NCBI GenBank assembly: GCA_934140575.1
Contig: CAKPBJ010000001.1
Location: 68,905 to 132,904 of the forward strand
Direction of reading: 5' to 3'
Length of the DNA stretch: 64,000 nucleotides
Source of the DNA: an uncultured Bacilli bacterium
GTDB lineage: Bacteria > Bacillota_I > Bacilli_A > RF39 > UBA660
Position numbers and translations under genes: made by a program. The notes beneath the pieces are model-generated. The model had not been told where the DNA came from. It did not search any database and saw nothing but the letters and a program-made list of their open reading frames with translations. Below, piece by piece: positions 1 through 8,672 of the stretch; positions within the stretch are counted from its first letter, which is position 1, and each line of letters opens with the position of its first letter.

Positions 1-270
1 ATTTTCATCATCATTTAGTCTTTTTATGAGTGAACTTATAAATGTGTCAAATATTTCTTCTGTGACTTTAAATATTACATCACTGAATTCTTTTGTATCT
101 CCAAATTTATTTATAATTTTTAATTTAGTTATACATTTTTCTTTTTTTAGACTAATACTTAATACTACCGAATTTTCTTTATCAGAAAGTCTAAATATAT
201 TAAATATTTTTTCTATATAATCATCATAGTTTTCATAATTTAAATTACTATTTAATAATTTATCATCCAT
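1..270 (-). CDS. hypothetical protein, N-terminal part (gene runs off the left edge of the window)
   Basis: ATG at 270 preceded by AGGAGAT RBS; open frame on minus strand to position 1 (MDDKLLNSNLNYENYDDYIEKIF...); not in supplied ORF track because truncated. Confidence 0.4.
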   Translation of the reverse strand, partial: MDDKLLNSNLNYENYDDYIEKIFNIFRLSDKENSVVLSISLKKEKCITKLKIINKFGDTKEFSDVIFKVTEEIFDTFISSLIKRLNDDEN

Positions 271-279
271 ATAAATCTC

Positions 280-1938
280 CTATGCCACTAGTGTGAATTG
301 GTTTGATACACTAGAGCTTGGTATATTTAACATATTATCCGTTGGTTGGATTGTGTTTACTTCATTATTTGCATAGTTTTGCATAGCTGTTGGTTGGTTA
401 TTTTGTGGATTAGAAGTTACTTGTTCCATTAATTGTTCGGCTTCTTCTTTTTTTCCTTCATGATACAATTGGTTTGCTTTGACTAGCATTTCTTCTGGTG
501 TTAGTACTGTTTCTTGAAGAATTGGATTTAGTATTGGATTTTTGATAGGCTTATCTTTATTAAAGATTGATGTATATAAAGCTTCTTGTGTTAGTAATGA
601 CCCTAATAAATTTTTATATTGTTTTGATGTAACTAGTAAGCTTTCTTTGCCTTTTTTATTTGTTTTAGTAAAATCTGGTTTCTTTTCTTCTTGGTCTACA
701 CTATCTTCTTTTACTATACTTTGAATGTCCGGTATATTCGCTAATGGCTCTTCTTTTGGAAGCTCTGCCTCAACTGGTTGTGCTTGTTCTACTGGTTGTA
801 TTTCTTCATTTTGTGTTGTTGATTCTTTTAAATCCTGTTGATCAGTCTGTGATAATTGAGGAGATTCTTGTTCTTCCACTATTGGTTCTATAGTTGGTTG
901 TATTTCAGGCAATGTAGAATTTTCTTGAACTGTTTCTGGAACAGGATTTGTTTCATTTACAGTAGTTTCAGAAACTATTTCTGGAACGGGATTTGTTTCA
1001 TTTTCTGGAGTTTCAATAACCATTTCTGGTAGAGAGTTTGTTTCATTTTCTGCTACTTCAGCAGCTATCTCTGGTTGTACTTCTTCTGCACTGTTAGAAA
1101 CTATTTCTGGTTTCTCTGAGGTTTCAGTTGTAGGAATTGTTACTATTGCTTCTTGTTGTGTTGGTTCTACTGTTTGTGTAGTTAGTGCAGGTTCTTCTTT
1201 TTCTTCCTCAACCTTTTTTTCAGGTTCTTCTTTTGGTGTTGTATCTTCAACTTCTTTTTGCTCTGTTATTACTTTAATATCACTCATTAGTGATTGTATA
1301 TCTTTGTTTAATTTTTCTTCTTGATTGTCTATTTCTTCTGTTGATTTTAAATCAGCATTTGTTGTTTCTTCTTTTTTATCTTCTACTTTTTGAGCAATAG
1401 GTTCTAAGTTTTCTTTAGTTTCTATATTTTGTAATTCTTGTTCTTCTTCTACTTTATTTTCTACCGGTGCTTGTTCTATAATTTTATTTTCATCTTGTAC
1501 TTGATTTTTTTGTTCTTTTTCTATTACTTGGTTAGTATTATTTTCTTTTGGAGCTTGAGGGTGTTTTTTTATCACGTTTCGTGTCTGTGGTTCATAATTA
1601 ATATTTTCTATTATTCTTGCGATATTTTCATCTTCTGTTTTTTTAGCTTCTTTTGATGTTTCATCAAGTCGTCTGAAAGAATTTGATAACTCATCTCCCA
1701 AATTATATAACTTTACAATTATATCTAGTTTTTCTCCACTTATTTTTATTAATGTTTGTTTTAACGTTTCATCTTTGATTGTATCTATTATTTTGTCTAT
1801 TTCTGCTAATGCTTTTTGTTCATTTCTGATAAGTCCCCATAAAATGGCTTTCATTTTTGTATCAGCATTTTCTAATTTAATGTTTTCAAATTTGTAATCG
1901 TCTATATAATCTTCTTGGACAAAATTAAAATTAGCCAT
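280..1938 (-). CDS. repetitive acidic (E/K/T/P/Q-rich) low-complexity protein with ~18-aa tandem repeats (ETNPVPE...), unknown function
   Basis: 552-aa ORF; structured N-terminal ~110 aa, then tandem repeats visible also as ~54-bp DNA repeats around 900-1100; no signal peptide. Confidence 0.5.
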   Translation of the reverse strand: MANFNFVQEDYIDDYKFENIKLENADTKMKAILWGLIRNEQKALAEIDKIIDTIKDETLKQTLIKISGEKLDIIVKLYNLGDELSNSFRRLDETSKEAKKTEDENIARIIENINYEPQTRNVIKKHPQAPKENNTNQVIEKEQKNQVQDENKIIEQAPVENKVEEEQELQNIETKENLEPIAQKVEDKKEETTNADLKSTEEIDNQEEKLNKDIQSLMSDIKVITEQKEVEDTTPKEEPEKKVEEEKEEPALTTQTVEPTQQEAIVTIPTTETSEKPEIVSNSAEEVQPEIAAEVAENETNSLPEMVIETPENETNPVPEIVSETTVNETNPVPETVQENSTLPEIQPTIEPIVEEQESPQLSQTDQQDLKESTTQNEEIQPVEQAQPVEAELPKEEPLANIPDIQSIVKEDSVDQEEKKPDFTKTNKKGKESLLVTSKQYKNLLGSLLTQEALYTSIFNKDKPIKNPILNPILQETVLTPEEMLVKANQLYHEGKKEEAEQLMEQVTSNPQNNQPTAMQNYANNEVNTIQPTDNMLNIPSSSVSNQFTLVA

Positions 1939-1951
1939 ATATTATCACCAC

Positions 1952-2221
1952 CTAAGCATTTGCAATTCTCTTTAAAAGAGTTTGTACATTACTCCATTCT
2001 TTATCATCTGTGATTTCTTCAAGAGTTAATACAGAGTCTTTTTTTATTATTTTAGAAACATAAATAACTACATCATTTTCAGAGCCACTTAATTCACCCT
2101 TTGTATATACTAAGTACTTATTAATTTGATCATCACTTATTAAATATGTTACTACCTCTACATCCATTAAACTACCATCTGGATTTTGTATTGTTACCAT
2201 TTTCTTTTCTTCTGTATCCAT
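1952..2221 (-). CDS. DUF1292 (UPF0473) family small protein
   Basis: 89 aa, M..EE...VT..DEDG.E.EFEV....E.DG.EY..L pattern and acidic C-terminus typical of DUF1292. Confidence 0.55.
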   Translation of the reverse strand: MDTEEKKMVTIQNPDGSLMDVEVVTYLISDDQINKYLVYTKGELSGSENDVVIYVSKIIKKDSVLTLEEITDDKEWSNVQTLLKRIANA

Positions 2222-2371
2222 AGTAAAACTCCTTCTATTCTAAGTTATATTATAACCAATTTTTGAATGGAAGTAAATATTTTTATCCTGCTTTAACAGT
2301 ATTAATTTAGAATATGTTTTTTAGTGACGAATATATTTATAATATATGTATTTTGCTTTTTTAGAATAAAG

Positions 2372-3343
2372 TTAATATTTTAAATATTTCTTTGTTGATA
2401 TGAATGGTTTTGTGTAGTTTCCTTTACTTGTTGGTCTATAGATATAAAAAGTTCTTCCTTCTGTAATGACAGAATCAATAGATGGATATTTGGCATATGT
2501 TGGGGCACTTGGACCACCATCATCATAACTTGCCTGGAACATATTTCCTGTTGTATTAGGAAACTTTTCTCTGGCTAATTTATTTCCTACATATATCATT
2601 GTATGGGTTGAACATATTAATAAATCGCCAGGTTTACATTTTTCATCGAATTTTTCACCAGCATTTACTGTTCCTACATATTTCCACTTTTCAGTATTAG
2701 CTTGTAAGTATTCAATCTGTGTTTTTGGTCCCATTGTATCAAAATCAGGATCTACTGTTGCTCTTATAACTCCTGCTGCTGCTTGAGCACATGATCCATA
2801 TGCATTGTTATCATTATATTTTCCAATTGTTTCGTCCATTACTTCAAAATAGTCATTTAATCTTGAATCATTTATCTTTAACCAAGGGTTCGCATTTGGA
2901 GCATATAAGTGGTCATCTGGAGTTGCTGTTGGAGATAAAGCAACTGCTAATTTTGCTATCTTTTTTCCTTTACTTTCGCTTTTTTCATATTTAGAAGGAT
3001 CTGATTTTATACTTTTTTTCTTCTTAGAATTGTCATTAATATCAACATATGAAGGTGTTTGGTTATCATACTTTGCATTTTTTATACAATTAGTTATATT
3101 ATAATTTGTATCAAACCAAGATAAAATAACATTTATCATTAAAGGGATAAAAAAAGCAACAAAAAGTGCAATTATACTATTTTTAATTTTACTCATCCCA
3201 TTTTTTTGATTAGGTGAAATCATTAATTTAGTAAATTGTGTTATTAAAGATATAATAAGAATTATTGGACAGACAATATTAATTAAAACCATTATATTTT
3301 TTATAATATAAAAGATTTGACTAAGTATTTGATTACATTCCAT
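2372..3343 (-). CDS. membrane-anchored protein with C-terminal papain-like (NlpC/P60- or CHAP-like) putative cell-wall hydrolase domain
   Basis: N-terminal TM helices, Lys-rich linker, C-terminal domain with Cys (YGSCAQAAAG) and downstream His (GDLLICSTHTMIYVG) resembling the Cys/His pair of papain-like amidases. Confidence 0.35.
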   Translation of the reverse strand: MECNQILSQIFYIIKNIMVLINIVCPIILIISLITQFTKLMISPNQKNGMSKIKNSIIALFVAFFIPLMINVILSWFDTNYNITNCIKNAKYDNQTPSYVDINDNSKKKKSIKSDPSKYEKSESKGKKIAKLAVALSPTATPDDHLYAPNANPWLKINDSRLNDYFEVMDETIGKYNDNNAYGSCAQAAAGVIRATVDPDFDTMGPKTQIEYLQANTEKWKYVGTVNAGEKFDEKCKPGDLLICSTHTMIYVGNKLAREKFPNTTGNMFQASYDDGGPSAPTYAKYPSIDSVITEGRTFYIYRPTSKGNYTKPFISTKKYLKY

Positions 3344-3440
3344 GTTACTAATTCACTTCCATTTGCTTACTATAATTAACTAAATTTATTATACTATATT
3401 ATTACGCTAAAATCATTACTATAATTATTTTGCTTTTATT

Positions 3441-3478
3441 AGAATAAAAAATTAAAAAAATACCAAAAATTGGTATTA
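3441..3478 (-). terminator. rho-independent terminator after thiol-disulfide membrane protein gene
   Basis: hairpin AATACCAAAAATTGGTATT followed on minus strand by T-run. Confidence 0.5.
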
Positions 3479-4699
3479 ATTGAATTGAAACATTAACCAT
3501 TCTGGTTTTATTATTAAAAGTAATCCAATAAGGAGCATAATTAGACCTCCTATTAGGTGAGAATATTTTCCATATTTTGTACTTATTCCTGTTGCTTTCA
3601 TGGTATACATTGAAATAGTAAACACTATTATATCATCTATTAAAAAGAATATGATATATATACTAATGTAGATAAATTTTATAAAACCAGATACATTATT
3701 TATAGCAAGTAATTCTGTAAATATTAATGGTAGTCCTGCAGAACAGGCTAATTCTACTAAATTAACGCTTATTGCAAGTCCGATTATTCCAAAAAAAGCT
3801 AATATAAAGCTTTTCTCTGATGTGAATTTTTTTATTTTAGAAAAAATATTTTTTCTTTTTTTTGAATCTACTATTTCACATCCTGAATTTTTACTTTTTA
3901 TAAAACTTTTTAAATTTAGTATTGCTCCTATTAAAGCAATTATTGCAATTATATTTCTAATCCAGACAATTGTTGTTATTTTAACAGCTATACTTATCCA
4001 AGATAACATAATTAACATGTAGACAAGACCTGATGTTATTAAGAATGTAAGTCCAAGAGTCCACATTCTTTTTCTATCTTTCATTCCGATTAGGGCACTA
4101 ATTAAAAATAATAGAATCCACATGGCGCATGGGTTAAAGCCATCTATTAATCCTAAAATTATAGCTGATGTTAGTAATGATACATCTTTTAAATTTACAT
4201 TTCCGACAATCGGTGCTTTTACAGATGTTTCTTTATCAAGTTTTGTTTCTTCTTCCTGAAATTTATCAGATTTTTTTGTGTTTTTTATGGCTGTTCCATC
4301 TTTTATTTCTTTTACTATATCTTTATAGTCATTTTCTTCATAGAAGTTTATAGCTCGTTCTATTTTTTTTCCAGTACTACTTTCATTTTGATATCCTTGA
4401 ATTACGGTATTTCCTATTATTGTTGTTGGTACTCCACTTCTTTTTATATTAAAGTATGACTCTACTTTTGTTAGAAGTGATGCATTGTCATCATCATACC
4501 ATACTTCATATTCTTTTATTTCTAAGTTAGTATACTTACCTTTTATTGTATCTAAATAGTCCATTTCTGCTTTACAATGTGGACATCCATCACCTTTAAA
4601 TACATATAGTGTTAAATTATCTGTTTCTTTGGCATTTACATTAGTAGATATGAAGATTATAGATATTATTATGAACATTAATTTAGCTATCTTTTTCAT
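3476..4699 (-). CDS. membrane thiol-disulfide oxidoreductase: N-terminal thioredoxin-like domain (CPHC) fused to DsbD/CcdA-like transmembrane domain
   Basis: signal peptide, CPHC motif, then polytopic domain with conserved Cys in TM segments (GFNPCAM ... ACSAGLP) as in CcdA/DsbD. Confidence 0.5.
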   Translation of the reverse strand: MKKIAKLMFIIISIIFISTNVNAKETDNLTLYVFKGDGCPHCKAEMDYLDTIKGKYTNLEIKEYEVWYDDDNASLLTKVESYFNIKRSGVPTTIIGNTVIQGYQNESSTGKKIERAINFYEENDYKDIVKEIKDGTAIKNTKKSDKFQEEETKLDKETSVKAPIVGNVNLKDVSLLTSAIILGLIDGFNPCAMWILLFLISALIGMKDRKRMWTLGLTFLITSGLVYMLIMLSWISIAVKITTIVWIRNIIAIIALIGAILNLKSFIKSKNSGCEIVDSKKRKNIFSKIKKFTSEKSFILAFFGIIGLAISVNLVELACSAGLPLIFTELLAINNVSGFIKFIYISIYIIFFLIDDIIVFTISMYTMKATGISTKYGKYSHLIGGLIMLLIGLLLIIKPEWLMFQFN

Positions 4700-4961
4700 T
4701 AATAACTCCTACTTTAGTTAATTCTTCTTTTAATTCTTCATAGTTAAATTCTTTAGAGAATCTAGTTATTTCTTTATCATTATCTAATACAATAAATAAT
4801 GGTATATTTTCTCCTACATTATATTTTACAACTTCTTCTTGGTCCATATCTAAATCTAGTTCTTCATATTCAAAATTATATTTTTCTTTTAACTTATTAA
4901 AGCTTTTATTTGTTATTAAGCAGGCACTACACCAAATAGCACTTATTTTTATTACTTTCAT
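4683..4961 (-). CDS. thioredoxin-family small protein (CxxC = WCSAC)
   Basis: 92 aa, WCSAC active-site-like motif, translationally coupled to downstream DsbD-like gene. Confidence 0.5.
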   Translation of the reverse strand: MKVIKISAIWCSACLITNKSFNKLKEKYNFEYEELDLDMDQEEVVKYNVGENIPLFIVLDNDKEITRFSKEFNYEELKEELTKVGVINEKDS

Positions 4962-4962
4962 A

Positions 4963-6084
4963 TTATCTCCTAAAATCTAGTTTTTTTATTGATTCATCCA
5001 AACTTTTTATAAAGATATCTATTTCTTCTTTTGTTGTTTGATATGAAATGCTTATTCTCATACTTCTACTTGCTTTTTCTTTATCTTTTGTGACAGCAAA
5101 TACTGAGGAAGAATAATTTCCAGTGGAACAAGCTGTTTGTGTAGATATATATATTTCTTTTTCTTCTAGTGCGTGGAGCATTACTTCACTTTTTATATTT
5201 TTTAAGCTAAAATTTACGATATTATTTATGCAAGCATCATTACTATTTATATATACATCTAATTTAGATAGTTTTTCTATTAGGTAGTCATGTAGCATTT
5301 TAACGTGATTAGTTTTTTCATCAAAATCTTCATACATTAAACGTAAGGCTTTGGCAAATGATGCGATTAATGGAGTTGCGGGTGTTCCACTTCTATAGAT
5401 TGTTGTTGATTTTCCTCCATGAATAAGTGGTTCAATTACTAATTTTTCTTTTTTTATTAAAGCTCCTATTCCTTTCATTCCAAAGAACTTTTGACATGAC
5501 ATAGAAGCTAAGTCTAATAATTCAAAATTTATTTTTTCTTTGCCAACACTTTGAGTAACATCACTATGAAAAATTACTTTTGGATGTCTTCTTATTATCT
5601 TACTTATTTTTTCTAAATCTTGTCTTACTCCTACTTCACTATTAACTGATGATATTGTGACAAGAATTGTATCATCTCTAATTAGGTTTTCTAAATCTTT
5701 TAAATCAACTAAACCTTTTTCATCTAATTTTACAAAGTCAACTTCATAACCTATACTTTGTAGGTAGTTTAGAGGAGCAATTATTGATGAATGTTCTAGA
5801 GGTGTTGTTATTATGTGTTTTCCCCTATTACTATATTTAAATGCTACTCCTTTTATAGCTTGATTATTGGCTTCACTTGATCCACTTGTATATATTATTT
5901 CATCACTTTGTACGCCTAAAATGTCTGCAATTTGTCTAGTACTAGCATCTATAATTTTTTTTGCTTTTATTCCTAATTTGTGAAGTGAATTTGGATTACC
6001 TATAAATTCACGACATACTCTACTATATGTATCAATTACTTCTTCTCTTACTGGTGTTGTTGCACTATAATCTAAATAAATCAT
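4963..6084 (-). CDS. cysteine desulfurase (class V aminotransferase, NifS/IscS type)
   Basis: MIYLDYSATTPV..., SGSSEAN, PLP-lysine region, 373 aa typical of NifS-like desulfurases. Confidence 0.85.
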   Translation of the reverse strand: MIYLDYSATTPVREEVIDTYSRVCREFIGNPNSLHKLGIKAKKIIDASTRQIADILGVQSDEIIYTSGSSEANNQAIKGVAFKYSNRGKHIITTPLEHSSIIAPLNYLQSIGYEVDFVKLDEKGLVDLKDLENLIRDDTILVTISSVNSEVGVRQDLEKISKIIRRHPKVIFHSDVTQSVGKEKINFELLDLASMSCQKFFGMKGIGALIKKEKLVIEPLIHGGKSTTIYRSGTPATPLIASFAKALRLMYEDFDEKTNHVKMLHDYLIEKLSKLDVYINSNDACINNIVNFSLKNIKSEVMLHALEEKEIYISTQTACSTGNYSSSVFAVTKDKEKASRSMRISISYQTTKEEIDIFIKSLDESIKKLDFRR

Positions 6085-6334
6085 TTTATCTTCCTCCTAC
6101 AACTAAGTATATTTTATAGATATTTTTTAAACAATAAATCATTGGTTGAATAACTAAACTTCTAGTTGAATTTTGATTTTTCATTAGTATATCACATTTT
6201 CTAGAACAAAAGGTAAATTAAAATTAATTACTTTGTTAGACCATTACCAGTATCATTTTTAATTTATGATTAATTATAAACAAATCTTTACTGGTATAAA
6301 AGTGATATTTTGTTTTAATGAATATTTGAGAAGA

Positions 6335-6375
6335 AAGCTCTTATAAATAATAAAAGCCATTTTATCATGGCTTTA
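6335..6375 (-). terminator. rho-independent terminator overlapping stop of alarmone synthetase gene
   Basis: AAAGCCATTTTATCATGGCTTT hairpin with flanking T/A runs. Confidence 0.45.
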
Positions 6376-7002
6376 TTTTTTTTCTTTGAATTTTCTAATT
6401 AAATCATATAGGTGTTGGACTGTTTTATCATATTCTCTTATATCTATAGCTCTTAAGTTCATATCTTCTTTTATTTCTTCTGGGATGTCTTCTGGTAACT
6501 TATATCTCAATTTATGATCTAGGCTTGCCCAACAATCCATTGCAATTGTTCTTATTTGTATTTCTGCTTCTATATATTCTGTTCTTTCAAGTAAGTGAAC
6601 TGGTACTAGTAAATTTATATGATAGCTACTATATCCACTATCTTTCGGATTCTTTATGTAGTCACTTTCTCCTATTATTACAAATTGTTTACTTGATTTT
6701 ATTATTTTTACTAATTCATAGACGTCATCTAGGAAGGAACAAACAATTCTTACTCCTACTACATCGTGAACATTTCTTACTATATTATCTTTAGTAATTT
6801 CTAGATTTTTATTTTTTAATTTAGCTTCTATACTATTATAACTTTTAATTCTTGATTTAATATGTTCTACAGGATTATAATCTGTTTTAAATTTATATTC
6901 TTCAATAAGAATTTCTATTTCACTGAGAAGTCTTTTTAAGGCAAAATTATATTTTAGCATTTCACCTTCAAATTCTTTATTATTTAATAATTTTATATCC
7001 AA
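6373..7002 (-). CDS. small alarmone synthetase (RelQ/RelP/YjbM-type GTP pyrophosphokinase)
   Basis: 209 aa single RelA/SpoT synthetase domain (GVRIVCSF...YSSYHINL...EIQIRT), no HD or regulatory domains. Confidence 0.8.
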   Translation of the reverse strand: MDIKLLNNKEFEGEMLKYNFALKRLLSEIEILIEEYKFKTDYNPVEHIKSRIKSYNSIEAKLKNKNLEITKDNIVRNVHDVVGVRIVCSFLDDVYELVKIIKSSKQFVIIGESDYIKNPKDSGYSSYHINLLVPVHLLERTEYIEAEIQIRTIAMDCWASLDHKLRYKLPEDIPEEIKEDMNLRAIDIREYDKTVQHLYDLIRKFKEKK

Positions 7003-7019
7003 ATTTTCATCTCCTATAT

Positions 7020-7286
7020 TTATTTGTTTGTATTTTGGTAATAATCTCTTTCAGCTATTGTTGAGGAGATATAATCTAATTCATCATCAACAATATCCAT
7101 GTTGCTTATTATATTTTCTATTTTGCATAATATTTCTTTTAAGCTAGAACAATTATCAAAATCAATGTGATACATCTTTAATACTTCTACTTCTCTATTT
7201 GTTAACATTAATCCACTTTTTACTTTTATAAATTTATTTGATTCAAAATCAATTTCATTTAATTCTTTTTCTATATCTATATTCAT
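7020..7286 (-). CDS. hypothetical cytoplasmic protein
   Basis: 88-aa ORF tightly spaced in minus-strand gene string; no recognisable motif. Confidence 0.3.
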   Translation of the reverse strand: MNIDIEKELNEIDFESNKFIKVKSGLMLTNREVEVLKMYHIDFDNCSSLKEILCKIENIISNMDIVDDELDYISSTIAERDYYQNTNK

Positions 7287-7288
7287 AT

Positions 7289-7819
7289 TTACCTACAAGT
7301 ATAACTGTTATTTTTTAATTTTTTCATTAGTTCACCATCTGTATACTTATCTCCTACACTTAATGTAATGGCATCACTACTTACAGTATTTGTATTTACA
7401 ATCATACCCAAATCATCTGTTCCCATAAAATCTATATTATCAAGTAATAGTAATTCATCATCTGAAACGTTAATCACTACAGATAATCCATTATTGTTAT
7501 TGTTATATTTTACTTTTTTACCTAAATAATCAAGTGTATTTTCTAATGAATATTTAATACTATTAGTGTAACTTTCGTCTTTTAAAAACTCATCGGGTAA
7601 AACAAATTTTTTTACTAAATGAATACTACTAATTTTTCCATTATCTATAGTGCTTGTAACTGTTTCTACTAGTTTGATGTCGTTGTCAAATAGAGTTGTT
7701 TTTTGACAGACAACTTTTTCTTGTTGTAGTGTTGCGAATAAATATACGATAATTATTATCATGATAAATGTTAATATAATTGGAAGTTTCATGCTTCTTC
7801 TTGTTTCCATAAGATTCAC
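7289..7819 (-). CDS. hypothetical membrane-anchored/secreted protein
   Basis: 176 aa with N-terminal hydrophobic anchor; no recognisable domain. Confidence 0.3.
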   Translation of the reverse strand: MNLMETRRSMKLPIILTFIMIIIIVYLFATLQQEKVVCQKTTLFDNDIKLVETVTSTIDNGKISSIHLVKKFVLPDEFLKDESYTNSIKYSLENTLDYLGKKVKYNNNNNGLSVVINVSDDELLLLDNIDFMGTDDLGMIVNTNTVSSDAITLSVGDKYTDGELMKKLKNNSYTCR

Positions 7820-7866
7820 CTCTATTAAATTATACCATAAATAATTAAAAATAATAACGACTATGA

Positions 7867-8529
7867 CTATTTATTTTTTTCTTTTATCATATATAAGAAT
7901 GGAGTGTCTACAATAGATAGAATAATTTCTATTATAGTTGTCGTTGTGGCAATTGAAAAAATTACATTTAAGTCATAAATTCCTATGAAAGCAAAGAAGA
8001 CAAATAAATAATTTTCTAAGCAATTGCTTATTATTGTTGATACATTACTTCTAAACCATAACTTGTTATTTTCTTTTAATTTTAATTTATTAAATAGATA
8101 TATTCCTAGACAATTACTTATAAAAAACATTATACAACTTGATATTGTAGTTCTTAAGTTAATAGAAAATAATTCTTTCATAGCAGTATTTACTATATCG
8201 TTTTTACTAGGTATATATAAAAGAGATATTTGAGTAAATATAACAAATAAAATATTCATAATTAGTGCTATTTTTACTGCTTTATAAGCATCTTCCTTAT
8301 TATATTTTTCACTAATGATATTAGTTGCTAGAAAGTTAGATGCAAATAAGATGTTTCCTAAGCTTAGAGTTACAGAAAATATATCTATTGATTTGCAGAC
8401 AATAATATTTGCTGTTATTGTTGCAAATGTTATCCATACAATTAGTCCTTCTTTTTTTAAATATTTATCTATGATTAATACTGCTGAATAAACTAATATT
8501 ATATTTATTATTCCTAAAATAATATTCAT
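7867..8529 (-). CDS. VUT-family (YhhQ/QueT-like, DUF165) putative queuosine-precursor transporter
   Basis: 220-aa polytopic membrane protein with overall resemblance to DUF165; no preQ1 riboswitch found upstream. Confidence 0.4.
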   Translation of the reverse strand: MNIILGIINIILVYSAVLIIDKYLKKEGLIVWITFATITANIIVCKSIDIFSVTLSLGNILFASNFLATNIISEKYNKEDAYKAVKIALIMNILFVIFTQISLLYIPSKNDIVNTAMKELFSINLRTTISSCIMFFISNCLGIYLFNKLKLKENNKLWFRSNVSTIISNCLENYLFVFFAFIGIYDLNVIFSIATTTTIIEIILSIVDTPFLYMIKEKNK

Positions 8530-8672
8530 AATTAGACTCCTTTTTCATTTAATTAATTTATCTAAATTTTTCTTTTTACTATTTAGATTGCTTTTTATAT
8601 TGAAATAATATCATAATCCAAATAATTTTTCATTAAAGAAAACAAAAAAATGATTTTTTTTATCATTTTTTG

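Noticed and set aside
26-220. Plus-strand 64-aa ORF at the left edge
   Set aside because: Antisense to a minus-strand gene start with an RBS; hydrophobic low-complexity translation typical of spurious ORFs in AT-rich DNA. The same applies to the many plus-strand ORFs in the track that overlap minus-strand genes (e.g. 542-724, 8680-8913, 12208-12567, 22657-23118, 34394-34747, 48365-48697).
8530-8672. preQ1 riboswitch upstream of the YhhQ/QueT-like transporter
   Set aside because: No AGAGGUUCUAGCUACACCCUCUAUAAAAAACUAA-like element or other recognisable aptamer seen in the leader.
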